Notes: generated by a model not told the origin, from the sequence alone. A stretch of DNA of 64,000 nt from an uncultured Gammaproteobacteria bacterium (GCA_964435035.1 CAYSXR010000002.1:12252-76251), one strand, 5' to 3'. Shown: positions 18,663 to 29,142, counted from the first letter of the stretch. Translations and numbers: made by a program.

Positions 18663-18844
18663 TAAAAAACTCCCCCATAGGGAGTGGTATAAAATGAAGG
18701 GACGGGGGTGCAGAGTCCTAGAACTGCGCCATCCCGATAGAAACGTCTTGAACGTTTAGAGTTTCCTCAGAGAATTTACCTATAAGGTACGTCCGGCTGC
18801 AAGTTCACTGTAGATACTACATGAACACTCGCTAAGCCTCTCTC
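18663..18844 (-). ncRNA. Candidate small RNA (about 180 nt) with its own promoter and intrinsic terminator; class unknown
   Basis: Minus-strand TTGACA-17-TAAATC promoter at about 18851-18880. Minus-strand hairpin plus U-run terminator CTCCCTATGGGGGAGTTTTTT at 18663-18684. No plausible ORF. Internal hairpins present. Confidence 0.3.
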
Positions 18845-18909
18845 GTCAGTAGATTTATCATTTTTATATTTCACTGTCAAGTGGTTTTATCTAAATCCTT
18901 TTTATATTT

Positions 18910-19866
18910 ATGAATGTATCGGTTGCGAATTTAACGTGTGTTGAGTGTGGGAAACCAATGAATTTGTCTACCACTTCTGAAGCAGAGAAGTATATTTGTG
19001 CTTCCTGTGGACATGATTATCCTGTCCAGGATGGTATTGTGGTTGCTTGGCCGAAAAGCATGGGTGAGTTGGCGCTTGAAGAAGCTCATTATCACGATGA
19101 ATTTGATGAAGACGCTGGGGATGTACACCAACTAACCGCGCATCGAAATAAATTCTATCATGATTTTATTCATGAATATATTAGAAAACACCCTGCTGGA
19201 CGAGCGCTTGAAGTAGGTGCTGGAAGTTCGGGTACTGAAGCTAAGCAGGTTATTCAGCATCATGCGGTGGTGGAAACTGATATCTCGCCTGATACCCTCA
19301 AACGTCTTCGTAATAACTTACCGAAACATCCTGAGGCGTTTGTTGCGGCTGATGGCGAACATATCCCATTTGAGAAAGCCAGTTTTGATATTGTGTATAT
19401 GGTCGCTACGTTTCATCATTTTGAACATCCGGAAATTGCATTAGCTGAATTTGCACGAGTATTGAAACCTGGTGGACTCTTGGTTATGGGAGTAGAACCA
19501 AATACGACGTATTTCAAACCGATAAAACATGTGCGCAAGCATTTATGTCGTGCGACACATATGAATCCTGCTGAAGGATCAAAGGCTGATGCGCTGATGG
19601 AAGGTTTTACGTATGCGAAACTTAAGCAATTGCTTGGTACTCCACAGTGGAGTGCATATACCATTCGGCCAATGTGGCTTTTTGCCGGATTCACCCATTA
19701 TACCCTTGAATTTTTGTACCGAGCATTCAAAATGAAAAAGAGAATCTCACTTCCTAAGGGTCTTGAAAAAAGTATTGTGCGGTTGGATGAATTTCTATTT
19801 TCGATTCCAGGATTTAAGCATGTAGGATGGCATTGGATTATTACGGCTCATAGGTCAGAAAAGTAA
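18910..19866 (+). CDS. Class I SAM-dependent methyltransferase with N-terminal zinc ribbon
   Basis: CVECGKP..CASCGH ribbon, then EVGAGSSG (motif I) and VLKPGGLL (post-I). Confidence 0.7.
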   Translation: MNVSVANLTCVECGKPMNLSTTSEAEKYICASCGHDYPVQDGIVVAWPKSMGELALEEAHYHDEFDEDAGDVHQLTAHRNKFYHDFIHEYIRKHPAGRALEVGAGSSGTEAKQVIQHHAVVETDISPDTLKRLRNNLPKHPEAFVAADGEHIPFEKASFDIVYMVATFHHFEHPEIALAEFARVLKPGGLLVMGVEPNTTYFKPIKHVRKHLCRATHMNPAEGSKADALMEGFTYAKLKQLLGTPQWSAYTIRPMWLFAGFTHYTLEFLYRAFKMKKRISLPKGLEKSIVRLDEFLFSIPGFKHVGWHWIITAHRSEK

Positions 19867-19868
19867 GT

Positions 19869-21053
19869 ATGAAGATTTGTATTATTAATAATATTTATCC
19901 GCCGTATCACCGAGGTGGTGCTGAACAGGTGGTGGTACAAACGGTGAAGAGCCTGCGAGAGCGGGGACACTCGGTTATTGTGATTACCTCAACTCCACAC
20001 CAGGATGAAACAGTAGAAGAGAACGGAGTGCGGATTTATCGCATCAATCCGAAAAATTCTTATTTCTATACCGATGCACATACACATGGAGTATTTTCAC
20101 GTATACGATGGCATATTGAAAATATTTGGAATTCATATGTTGCTCTCCGGGTTGACGCAATTATTATGCAAGAAAAACCTGATGTGGTGCATACACATAA
20201 TTTGATTGGACTATCTTTTCTTATTCCCAAGCGAATTCGTGCTCGGAATATTCGTCATGTGCATACGATTCATGATGTACAACTCGTCGAGCCAAGTGCA
20301 ATGATTTTGAAAACTAGGGAAAAAAGTTTTCGGTATCACGGTCCACATACTGCGTTATATAGTTTTATTACCAAACAATTACTTGGTTCGCCTGATGTGA
20401 TTATTTCACCATCCAAATTTTTATTGGATTTTTATTTAGCGAGAGGTTTTTTCCCCGATTCACGGAGGATTGTTATTAGAAATCCATTAACGTTTTCTCA
20501 TGCTATTGCGGATGAAAAACAGATAACCCCGATACTCACGATGGTATATGCTGGTCAAATCGAATATCATAAGGGGGTAACGGTACTTATTGATGCGTTG
20601 CAAAAAGTTCGCCCTGATTTTCAGAATAACGTAGTGTTACATATCGCAGGGAACGGGTCGCAGCTCGGTGAAATAAAAAAACAAGCTGAGCACAACTCAA
20701 ATATTATTATCCATGGTAGAGTCGAGCGGGAAGTGCTTGGAGAATTATATCGACAGGCGGATATTACGATCGTGCCGTCACTATGCTATGAGAATTCTCC
20801 GACGGTCATATTCGAAAGTTTTTCATTTCATGTGCCGGTTCTTGCAAGTAGGATTGAGGGAATTGCAGAGCTTATTGAAGAGGGGAGAAATGGAATTATG
20901 TTTGAAGCAGGAAATGTGAGTGAACTTGCACAAAAAATTGAGTGGTGTGTAGCGCATCGAGAAGATTTGCAGAATATGAGAGAACTCATTGCAATACCCA
21001 AATCCAATAACGAAGAATATACGACAGCGCTTGAGGCGAGTTATCATTTTTGA
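19869..21053 (+). CDS. Glycosyltransferase family 4 (GT-B)
   Basis: YPPYHRGGAEQVV N-terminus and C-terminal EX7E-type region (CYENSPTVIFESFSFHVPVLAS). Confidence 0.8.
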   Translation: MKICIINNIYPPYHRGGAEQVVVQTVKSLRERGHSVIVITSTPHQDETVEENGVRIYRINPKNSYFYTDAHTHGVFSRIRWHIENIWNSYVALRVDAIIMQEKPDVVHTHNLIGLSFLIPKRIRARNIRHVHTIHDVQLVEPSAMILKTREKSFRYHGPHTALYSFITKQLLGSPDVIISPSKFLLDFYLARGFFPDSRRIVIRNPLTFSHAIADEKQITPILTMVYAGQIEYHKGVTVLIDALQKVRPDFQNNVVLHIAGNGSQLGEIKKQAEHNSNIIIHGRVEREVLGELYRQADITIVPSLCYENSPTVIFESFSFHVPVLASRIEGIAELIEEGRNGIMFEAGNVSELAQKIEWCVAHREDLQNMRELIAIPKSNNEEYTTALEASYHF

Positions 21054-23152
21054 TATTCAAAAATCCACATTTTATCTTCAATTACATGCCAGGAATTGGC
21101 TGTTTTTTTTGCTCCATCGATGATAGCTTCTTTATTTTTCCAATACCAGGGAACTACAAAATAGACTTTGTCTGCCTGTGTGAGCTCGAATACGGTATCA
21201 ACTGTTTCTCTTTTTTGTCCTTCATACAACATACTCTCATACGCCAATTGCAATGGTCCACCTGAGGGGATAGCGTAGTAAAACTGTGGTCCTACTGAGG
21301 TGTCAAAATAATGAGCAAATGGATGTTCAGTCAGGGCAGTTACCGCAGTTAGGATGGATGAAAGTACTACATAATTAGTATCCAGATTTTCCGAATCAAT
21401 CCATTCAACTACTTGTTGATCATATACGGTCACATTAAATCCGGGGAAATATACTTTGTTGTTGTATTGTGGATATGAGAAATAGAGGGAGAGCATGAGT
21501 AGTATTCCAATTTTTATAGAACCGATGATGTAGAGTGTCCTTTGTGTTATGTTAAGTTTAGATGTTACTAATTGGGTTTTTTCTTTGGTAATTTTGTATA
21601 TCCCATACATTGCGAGCGGGATCAATACGACGATTGAGGCAATTAATAATCGAAGTGGATAATTTGCTTGCTCATGAAATGAAACATTCGGGAAGGTAAT
21701 GAGTGTGCGGAGTAAGAAAGCGCCGAGTACTAGTCCAATACTTCCTGATACTAATATTGGTGCGAGTTTTGTTTTTTTGAGGAACCAATATCCGAAACCA
21801 GAAAAAATAAGTATTACTGGAGTAATTGCGTATTGCCAAGCGTAGAGTAATTCAAAATACCATGTAGCATCTGCTCTGTACCAGAATGGGCGTCTGAAGA
21901 AATCGAGGAACAATTGTATGTGTGAAAATGGATTGGTAAGTTTTGGAATACTATATCCAGCGAGCCATTGCTGGGTTGCAAACATAAGTAGTGGAAGTAG
22001 TGCGATACTCATTATTATTCCTGTATACGCGAGTATGTGTATTTTTTTATTTTTTGATCGAACCGTAATGTTACTCGCTATAATTAGTATGAGGATAGGA
22101 ACACCAAGCAGAGGATGTGTAGCGAGTGTACACAATGCGAGACATAATACTATGGTGTAGGGAATAATTGAATATACATACCCGACCAAGGCGATGATTG
22201 TGAGAACTACCAGTAATAGAGCTAGATTGTGAGGAGTGGTGAGGTTAAATGATAGAAAAAATAAGAAAGGGATCGTAAGAGAAAGTGTGAGGGCTGTTTC
22301 TTTTGCTATACCCCATGCCCTGGGCAAGATACTGTATAGAAGCGTTGGAATTGAAAGTGACGCTAGTATTGGCACTAGAAAAATATCTATATATTTGACA
22401 GCGACTCCTGTAATTCGTGAGAGTGTCACCACGAGACTATATTGTCCTAGGTAGAAGGGTTCTTTTGGGTTGATAAAACCATTTTCGAGAATCCATGATT
22501 CTGTTGCGCGGTGAATAAACCCATCAAATCCAAATCCTAGTTTGTATACGATTGCAGCAATGCTGTAGAAAATGAAAAAATGTACTACGGTTGCCGTTAG
22601 CATGAGTTTGGGAGGAGTTTTTTTTGCTAATAGGTAGATGAAGAGAGAGGTCGATATGGTGAATAGTATAAAGAACCATGGGGAGAATGCCATCCAGGGT
22701 GATTGCATGAGCTCTCCGTTTCGAGCGAGTATGATTATCGTAATTTGAATGCATTCAACTATTGCAAAAAGATAGAATAAAAAGTGTATCTTATACGTGT
22801 GTGTGGCTTCTTTTTTTTCAGATGGTGTTTTTTTCTTTTTGAATAATAGGAGAAGTGGTAAAAATATCGCAAGAAGCGAAATCTCTCGAGTAAGTTTATA
22901 AGGATAATATGCGATTACCCCGATAAGGGAAATTAGGGAGAGTGTAAGTGCAATACCAGACCAGTGTTGTATTTCTTTTTCTCCATTAATTCGCTCACCA
23001 ATTGTTTTTCCTAGCGTAACTATATAGGTAAAAAATGCGATGGTTGAAATGATTGGCTGGTGATATAGATATGTTTCTCCAATCAGTAAAAAACCAGTAA
23101 TTAGAAGTAGGTATAGTCGAGTATTGAATTTTTGGCTTATTTTAGCTATCAT
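21044..23152 (-). CDS. Large polytopic membrane protein, putative GT-C-like glycan polymerase/transferase
   Basis: 702 aa. More than 12 TM helices followed by a C-terminal soluble domain. Embedded in the glycan locus. Confidence 0.55.
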   Translation of the reverse strand: MIAKISQKFNTRLYLLLITGFLLIGETYLYHQPIISTIAFFTYIVTLGKTIGERINGEKEIQHWSGIALTLSLISLIGVIAYYPYKLTREISLLAIFLPLLLLFKKKKTPSEKKEATHTYKIHFLFYLFAIVECIQITIIILARNGELMQSPWMAFSPWFFILFTISTSLFIYLLAKKTPPKLMLTATVVHFFIFYSIAAIVYKLGFGFDGFIHRATESWILENGFINPKEPFYLGQYSLVVTLSRITGVAVKYIDIFLVPILASLSIPTLLYSILPRAWGIAKETALTLSLTIPFLFFLSFNLTTPHNLALLLVVLTIIALVGYVYSIIPYTIVLCLALCTLATHPLLGVPILILIIASNITVRSKNKKIHILAYTGIIMSIALLPLLMFATQQWLAGYSIPKLTNPFSHIQLFLDFFRRPFWYRADATWYFELLYAWQYAITPVILIFSGFGYWFLKKTKLAPILVSGSIGLVLGAFLLRTLITFPNVSFHEQANYPLRLLIASIVVLIPLAMYGIYKITKEKTQLVTSKLNITQRTLYIIGSIKIGILLMLSLYFSYPQYNNKVYFPGFNVTVYDQQVVEWIDSENLDTNYVVLSSILTAVTALTEHPFAHYFDTSVGPQFYYAIPSGGPLQLAYESMLYEGQKRETVDTVFELTQADKVYFVVPWYWKNKEAIIDGAKKTANSWHVIEDKMWIFEYQK

Positions 23153-23176
23153 ATAAATAATAGTGTATCTAATCTT

Positions 23177-23800
23177 ATGGGATTTATCAAACGGTTTAAA
23201 GAGCGGAACGGTGATTTATTTGTGTATTTGAAAGCAGAAGAGGTTCATCCGCATGATCATTTTTTGGCAAAAACCATACTCAAATGGTTTCCCACAAGTA
23301 TTACTCCAAATCGGATAAGTATTTTTAGAATTTTAGCGACTCCTGTTGTTTTTTATTTGGTATTGAATGGGTTTTATCGGATTGGGATTATTGCCTTTCT
23401 TTTGGTGGCATTTACTGACGCTCTTGATGGCTCTCTTGCTCGTACAAAGAATAAAGTAACTAAGTTTGGTATGCTTATTGATCCTTTGGCTGATAAATTT
23501 CTTGTTGGCTCTATTGTACTTCTCCTGGTTTTCAGATATTTGAGTCCATGGCTTGGGATTGCTGTTCTTGGTATTGAGATGCTATTCATTACGACTGCAT
23601 TGGTTGCTCGAATCAAGTTCAAGACAGTACATATGGCAAATCGATGGGGGAAGATTAAAATGTTTCTCCAGGTGCTTGCAATGTGTGCGATTATGTTTGG
23701 GTTGGTGCTCGACGTGCCAATATTTTTCTCATTCGCAACTGGAATTTTGGGGCTCGCAATTGGTTTTGCTATTGTGAGTTTGTTTAAACACGGACTTTAG
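23177..23800 (+). CDS. CDP-alcohol phosphatidyltransferase family protein
   Basis: DALDGSLAR..KFGMLIDPLADK matches the D-G-x2-A-R..G-x3-D-x3-D motif. Confidence 0.75.
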   Translation: MGFIKRFKERNGDLFVYLKAEEVHPHDHFLAKTILKWFPTSITPNRISIFRILATPVVFYLVLNGFYRIGIIAFLLVAFTDALDGSLARTKNKVTKFGMLIDPLADKFLVGSIVLLLVFRYLSPWLGIAVLGIEMLFITTALVARIKFKTVHMANRWGKIKMFLQVLAMCAIMFGLVLDVPIFFSFATGILGLAIGFAIVSLFKHGL

Positions 23801-23824
23801 ATTTTGGACTGATATTTTTTTGGT

Positions 23825-25516
23825 ATGGAGATTCCTGCACTTCACAACGAACCACATTCAGCCTCACCTAAAAAGAGATTGGTTTATATACTATTTTCTA
23901 TCTCGGTGATTTTTTTCTGTTCATATTTTTATCTTCACGGGGGTGAGGCGCTGCAAGATCTAAGAAGTGGTATAAGCCATAACATTATTTCAAATCAGCC
24001 GGATGAAATGGCTAATTATTTTTTTATCAAAGAGTTAGTGATTGGTCATTCATTTGGTTGGTATGAACCTCTGAATGAAATTGTATCTAGCCAAGTACAT
24101 GCACGTAGTATGACGGTGATTAATGGTCGACTGGAACCAATTGGATTTCCATTTTTTATTGTATTGGTTTCTGTATTTGCGTTTGTACCGACTATGATTT
24201 TTGGTCCAGGTTTTTTTAATATACTCGCCATTAGTTTAGTACCATTGTTTGCTATTGCATCGAATTTTTTATTATATGACACGGTGAGAAGGTTGTGGAA
24301 TGAACGAATGGCTTTTATTAGTTCGATTTTATTATTTTTGTCACCCGCATGGTGGTATTGGGCGAGCAGACCATTTCAACATACGATTCCGTTTATATTT
24401 TTTGTACTCCTTGGTATATATGGATTATTACGAATACAAGATGCCAGGGTTACGCGTGAAAAATTATGTTATACCGTGGTTAGTGCTTTGGGAATTTCAT
24501 GTGCACTGGCAATTCGTCCTACTGAACTTATTTGGATTGTAGGACTGTATGGATATATCGTGTATTTGATTCGAGCACAGATTTCAAAACAGCAGATCAT
24601 TGTATGGAGTGGGACGATTGCGTTTGTTGTTTTATTATTTTTTGTAGTACAAGATGCTTTTTATGGAAGTCCATTGGCGAGCGGATATGTAAAACCCTCT
24701 GTTGAAGGTAGTGCAGGTAGTGTGTTTGCAGGCGGTCAAGGAGTTTCTTTTTTCCGTGCTTTTTTCTTTCCTTTCGGTTTTGATATTATTACTGCGGTGA
24801 AGACCATATATCAATATTTTTTTCTACTATTTAATTCCTGGGTTTTGTGGGCATTTGTATCGTTTTTGTTTATTTTGGCACGCGGTGAAAAAGCAATTAG
24901 GAAGTATTGCGTTGTATATTGCATACTCAGTCTGTACCTCGTCTTGTGGTATGGGTCATGGAGTTTTAGTGATAACCTACTCGGTCTTCCCTCGGTAGGT
25001 AGTTCACAGGCGCGATATTTTATGCCGATGTATATTGGCATGGTACCTTTGATTGCGTATTTTTGTGATCGAATACTAACAACGTTTTCACGTATCAAAC
25101 AAACTCTTGCGATTAGTGTGTTACTTCTCGTTTTTTCACTAGCTTCATATAGTGCTGTTTTCAAATCTTTCCCTGAAGGGCTTGTGACAATTAAAAATAC
25201 GTTACGTGAAAATGCACAGAGACAAGTCGAAATTTACACGCATGTTCCTGAATATGGATTGGTGGTGACTCGATATGGAGATAAATATATATTTCCAGGT
25301 AGAAAAGTAATGATACGAACAGAAGAAACTGTCTGGGCATATTCAGTAAAACAACTTTTAGAAATTGGTATGCCTGTATGGTGGTATGATTTGGAATTGA
25401 CATCCGAAGAGCAAGAAGAATTGGATGAATTATTGCGTACACATGGATTGGTTCTTGGTGAGGTGGTTGTGGGTACTGATAACCTTCAACTTAGAGAGAT
25501 AGGGTTGAAAAAATAG
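23825..25516 (+). CDS. Polytopic membrane glycosyltransferase, ArnT/PMT (GT39/GT83)-like
   Basis: 563 aa with about 12 TM helices and extracytoplasmic loops. In the glycan locus. Confidence 0.5.
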   Translation: MEIPALHNEPHSASPKKRLVYILFSISVIFFCSYFYLHGGEALQDLRSGISHNIISNQPDEMANYFFIKELVIGHSFGWYEPLNEIVSSQVHARSMTVINGRLEPIGFPFFIVLVSVFAFVPTMIFGPGFFNILAISLVPLFAIASNFLLYDTVRRLWNERMAFISSILLFLSPAWWYWASRPFQHTIPFIFFVLLGIYGLLRIQDARVTREKLCYTVVSALGISCALAIRPTELIWIVGLYGYIVYLIRAQISKQQIIVWSGTIAFVVLLFFVVQDAFYGSPLASGYVKPSVEGSAGSVFAGGQGVSFFRAFFFPFGFDIITAVKTIYQYFFLLFNSWVLWAFVSFLFILARGEKAIRKYCVVYCILSLYLVLWYGSWSFSDNLLGLPSVGSSQARYFMPMYIGMVPLIAYFCDRILTTFSRIKQTLAISVLLLVFSLASYSAVFKSFPEGLVTIKNTLRENAQRQVEIYTHVPEYGLVVTRYGDKYIFPGRKVMIRTEETVWAYSVKQLLEIGMPVWWYDLELTSEEQEELDELLRTHGLVLGEVVVGTDNLQLREIGLKK

Positions 25517-25550
25517 TACACATGAGATAGGATGAGCTAAGTTGACTAAG

Positions 25551-25590
25551 TTATCTGGTTTACTGGTTATCTAGTTGTACAGTTTGTAAT
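25551..25590. repeat. GTCTGGTT / CTAGTT word repeat copy (variant)
   Basis: TTATCTGGTTTACTGGTTATCTAGTTGTACAGTTTG. Confidence 0.6.
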
Positions 25591-25597
25591 TTTATTT

Positions 25598-25630
25598 TCC
25601 GCCCAAGGCGGATCCGCCTTGGGCGGAGAA
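25598..25630. repeat. GC-rich perfect palindrome centred on GGATCC (bidirectional terminator-like)
   Basis: CCGCCCAAGGCGGATCCGCCTTGGGCGG. Confidence 0.6.
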
Positions 25631-25688
25631 CTTTGTCCTGACTTAGTCGGGACGAAGGTGGAACTTTTAATTTTGAACTTTTTTTATT

Positions 25689-26093
25689 ATGGATTGCATT
25701 TTTTGTAGCATAATCAAAAGAGATGTGCCTAATTATACGGTGTACGAAGATGACCATGTTTTGGCATTTCTTGATATTCATCCTACTGTCGAAGGTCATT
25801 CGGTAGTTATACCAAAAACACATGGTGCAACAATCCTTGAATTTAGTGAGGAAGCTCTAGGACAATTAATGAAGGGTGCTCAAAAAGCAAGTGAGAGATT
25901 GAACGATGTATTGCATCCAGATGGATTTTCAATTGGGTGGAATCACGGAGAAGCAGCAAAACAAGGGGTGCCTCATCTCCATGTGCATATTATTCCCCGA
26001 TATCACGGTGATGGTGGGGGAAGTATGCATTCGATTGTTCAGCAAGATGGTATGCGCACGGTGGAGGATGTTTCAAAACTTTTTCATATATAG
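25689..26093 (+). CDS. HIT family hydrolase
   Basis: HIT motif HLHVHIIPR. Confidence 0.85.
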   Translation: MDCIFCSIIKRDVPNYTVYEDDHVLAFLDIHPTVEGHSVVIPKTHGATILEFSEEALGQLMKGAQKASERLNDVLHPDGFSIGWNHGEAAKQGVPHLHVHIIPRYHGDGGGSMHSIVQQDGMRTVEDVSKLFHI

Positions 26094-26098
26094 TATTT

Positions 26099-26638
26099 AT
26101 GCCGTCACCCTTAAAAAAAGTTTCAGAAGAAATATTGCATGAAAATCCATGGTGGAGATATAAGCATGATATTTTTTCTTTCCCTGATGGTAAAGAGGGG
26201 AGTTATTACTATGGAGAAACGTATGGAATGTCCATTATTGTTCCTATTTTACCCGATGGTCGATTGATTTTGGTAAAACAATACCGGTATTTAAATGACA
26301 AATATAGTATTGAATTTCCTGGCGGAGGGATAAAAAAAGGAGAAGCACCGTCAGTTGTTGCTAAGCGAGAACTCATGGAAGAAACTGGTTTTACTGCTGA
26401 GGAATTTATTAATATTTCAAATTTTGAGCCGCATAATGGGTTATTTCTTGATTCGACGCATGTCTTTATTGCCAAACAAATTTCTCAGATCGATACTCAC
26501 AAGCCAAAGGGTGATGAAACCGAATTTATTGAAATATTGTTGCGTCGACCAGATGAAGTTGAACAGCTGATTCGGAATAATGAAATCTGGGATGGACAGA
26601 CTCTTGCGACATGGGCAGTGGCACGGTATTATGTATAA
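26099..26638 (+). CDS. Nudix hydrolase (ADP-ribose pyrophosphatase-like)
   Basis: Nudix box GGGIKKGEAPSVVAKRELMEETG. Confidence 0.8.
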   Translation: MPSPLKKVSEEILHENPWWRYKHDIFSFPDGKEGSYYYGETYGMSIIVPILPDGRLILVKQYRYLNDKYSIEFPGGGIKKGEAPSVVAKRELMEETGFTAEEFINISNFEPHNGLFLDSTHVFIAKQISQIDTHKPKGDETEFIEILLRRPDEVEQLIRNNEIWDGQTLATWAVARYYV

Positions 26639-26640
26639 AC

Positions 26641-26732
26641 ATTGATTTAGATGGATTAATACGGATTTAGACTGAAAATACAAATTCGTTTAATCTGCGT
26701 AATCAATGTCTTAATCTGTTTAAATCAATGTT
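26641..26732. repeat. Palindromic leader element, second copy (tandem hairpins), directly 5' of rfbB
   Basis: CATTGATTTAGATGGATTAA..TTAATCTGCGTAATCAATG..TTAATCTGTTTAAATCAATGTT then ATG. Confidence 0.7.
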
Positions 26733-27794
26733 ATGAAATTATTAGTAACTGGTGGAGCGGGATTTATTGGATCCAATTTTATTCGGTATATGCTCGGGGC
26801 GCATCCTGAGTATACAATCGTAAATTATGACAAGCTTACGTATGCTGGAAATTTGGAAAATCTTCTCGATGTGCAAGATAATCCGAATTACACTTTTGTG
26901 CAGGGGGATATTATTGATCTTGGTCATATTAATACGGTGATGAAAGAACATGGTATTACGCACTTGATTAATTTTGCAGCTGAAACCCATGTAGACCGTT
27001 CAATCCATGGGGGAAGTAAAGATTTTGTGCTTACGAATACCCTTGGAACGCAGATGCTCCTTGATGCTGTTCGATTTAATACACTTGAAAAATTCGTTAA
27101 TGTTTCAACTGATGAAGTATATGGTTCACTTGATCTTGATTCTCCTGATCTATTTACTGAGTCTACTCCCGTCATGCCTAATATGCCTTATGCAGCCGCA
27201 AAAGCTGGAGGCGATCTTATGTGTAATGCGTACTACGTAACGCATAAGGTGCCGGTAGTAGTAACGCATTGCTCTAATAATTATGGGCCCTATCAATTTC
27301 CGGAAAAGCTCATTCCTTTTTTTGTGTTTAAACTTTTGAAAGGTGAAAAAGTACCGGTATATGGAGATGGGCTCAATGTGCGTGATTGGATTCATGTTCG
27401 CGATCATGCCTCAGCACTCGATATATTGCTCCACAAAGGCGAAGCGGGCGGTGTCTATAATATTGGGGTTGATAATGAGCGAAATAATCTCGAAATTACC
27501 AAAATGATTTTGGAGATTATGGGAAATGGTTTAGAAAAAATTGAATATGTGACCGACCGACCAGGGCATGATCGTCGCTATGCAATAGACGCATCAAAAA
27601 TTAAAGCTTTGGGTTGGAAACCAGAATATACCAGAGAAAAGTTTTATCAAGGGCTACAAGAAACCGTTGAATGGTACAAGACCAATACGAAGTGGGTTGA
27701 AAATTTGTGGCAGAAGAAAAGCGATGAAATGAATACATTTCAAAAAGAACTTGACCGATCGACCACAGCTCAAAAAGCGGATATTGTTCAGTAG
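26733..27794 (+). CDS. rfbB: dTDP-glucose 4,6-dehydratase
   Basis: GGAGFIGSN Rossmann motif, YAAAK catalytic motif. Typical RmlB length. Confidence 0.9.
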   Translation: MKLLVTGGAGFIGSNFIRYMLGAHPEYTIVNYDKLTYAGNLENLLDVQDNPNYTFVQGDIIDLGHINTVMKEHGITHLINFAAETHVDRSIHGGSKDFVLTNTLGTQMLLDAVRFNTLEKFVNVSTDEVYGSLDLDSPDLFTESTPVMPNMPYAAAKAGGDLMCNAYYVTHKVPVVVTHCSNNYGPYQFPEKLIPFFVFKLLKGEKVPVYGDGLNVRDWIHVRDHASALDILLHKGEAGGVYNIGVDNERNNLEITKMILEIMGNGLEKIEYVTDRPGHDRRYAIDASKIKALGWKPEYTREKFYQGLQETVEWYKTNTKWVENLWQKKSDEMNTFQKELDRSTTAQKADIVQ

Positions 27795-27802
27795 TTCTGA
27801 TT

Positions 27803-28225
27803 ATGAAAAAAGAATTTAGAAAATTCAGTTTGAAAACGTTTACTGGAAAAGGATATACTTTGACTCCGGTTGAGTTTAAAGATATTTCTCCATTTGAGGT
27901 AAAGCGAATGTATTATATTACTCATTTTGAGCCGGTTGTTCAGACTGGTGAACATTGTCATAAAATTGAAGAAGAAGTATTTATCCAGGCTGAAGGTTCT
28001 TCAGTTGCCATTATTGATCGAGGGCAGGGAAAAGAAGAAATAGCACTTACCGAAGGTGAGGCACTGTATGTTCCAAATTATGTATGGCATGGATTTAAAG
28101 ATCCATCAGTTGATTGTACGATTATTGCGCTTTCCTCTACCAATTACACATCGGATCGAAGTGACTATGTGGAGAATTATGAAGAATATGTGACTTTTCG
28201 AGATGAGAAATTGAGTGAAAGTTAG
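27803..28225 (+). CDS. Cupin-fold dTDP-sugar epimerase/isomerase (RmlC/FdtA-like)
   Basis: 140-aa cupin with His residues, placed between rfbB and rfbD. Confidence 0.5.
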   Translation: MKKEFRKFSLKTFTGKGYTLTPVEFKDISPFEVKRMYYITHFEPVVQTGEHCHKIEEEVFIQAEGSSVAIIDRGQGKEEIALTEGEALYVPNYVWHGFKDPSVDCTIIALSSTNYTSDRSDYVENYEEYVTFRDEKLSES

Positions 28226-28228
28226 AGT

Positions 28229-29092
28229 ATGAGTGAGAAAAAGGTGATTATATTTGGAGCACAGGGAATGCTCGGACAAGAATTAGTCCGTGAATTTGGT
28301 GCTGTAGGGTATGAGATTCATGCACTTGATCGTGATGAATGTGATGTAACTAATGAGACTGCTGTTCGTGAGGTACTTGAAATGATTAAGCCAACTCTCG
28401 TTATTAATGCTGTTGCTCATAATGGTGTTGACGCAATTGAAGATCATGAAGATGAATATGTAAAAGCGCGCATGCTTAATGTAGAGGTCCCAGGAATGCT
28501 CGCACAATTATGTAAGAAAAATACTATTGTTTTTGTACATTATTCGACTGATTATGTGTTTTCTGGTTCCAATATAGATGGATATGATGAGTCGAGTATT
28601 CCCGATCCTGTAAGTAAGTATGGGGAATTGAAAGCACTTGGTGAGGGAGTAGTAATTGATGCTGGTGGATCGTATTATATAATTAGATTATCAAAATTAT
28701 TTGGAAAACCAGCTTTTTCGACTGGTGCCAAGAAAAGTTTTGTAGATACTATTCTTGCACTTGTTCGTGAAGGGGGAAAAAATGAGCTTGATATTGTTGA
28801 TGAAGAAGTAAGTGCTCCGACATACGCTCCGGATCTTGCTCAGTTTACTCGAAAATTGATTGAAGATGCTCCGCTCTCTGGAATTTATCATGGCGCTAAT
28901 AGTGGGGCATGTACCTGGTTTGGTTTTGCAAGTAGAATTTTTGAATATGCGGGATTGTCACCCAAACTTATTCCAGTTACTTCCAATACATTTCCACGAC
29001 CAGCCAAACGACCAGATAATTCGGTACTTCTGAATACTAAGCGGCCAATCCAGCGATCGTGGGAAGAAGCTTTGAAAGAATATCTTGGTTAA
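28229..29092 (+). CDS. rfbD: dTDP-4-dehydrorhamnose reductase
   Basis: RmlD fold: IFGAQGMLG Rossmann motif and YGELK catalytic motif. Confidence 0.85.
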   Translation: MSEKKVIIFGAQGMLGQELVREFGAVGYEIHALDRDECDVTNETAVREVLEMIKPTLVINAVAHNGVDAIEDHEDEYVKARMLNVEVPGMLAQLCKKNTIVFVHYSTDYVFSGSNIDGYDESSIPDPVSKYGELKALGEGVVIDAGGSYYIIRLSKLFGKPAFSTGAKKSFVDTILALVREGGKNELDIVDEEVSAPTYAPDLAQFTRKLIEDAPLSGIYHGANSGACTWFGFASRIFEYAGLSPKLIPVTSNTFPRPAKRPDNSVLLNTKRPIQRSWEEALKEYLG

Positions 29093-29111
29093 GCTTATTT
29101 TAATAACTATA

Positions 29112-29142
29112 AAAAAGCCTTTATTTTAAGGGCTTTTTTGTT
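29112..29142 (+). terminator. Terminator after rfbD; left copy of a 35-bp direct repeat
   Basis: AAAAAAGCCTTTATTTTAAGGGCTTTTTTGTTTT. The same sequence recurs at 30011-30042 with one mismatch. Confidence 0.7.
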
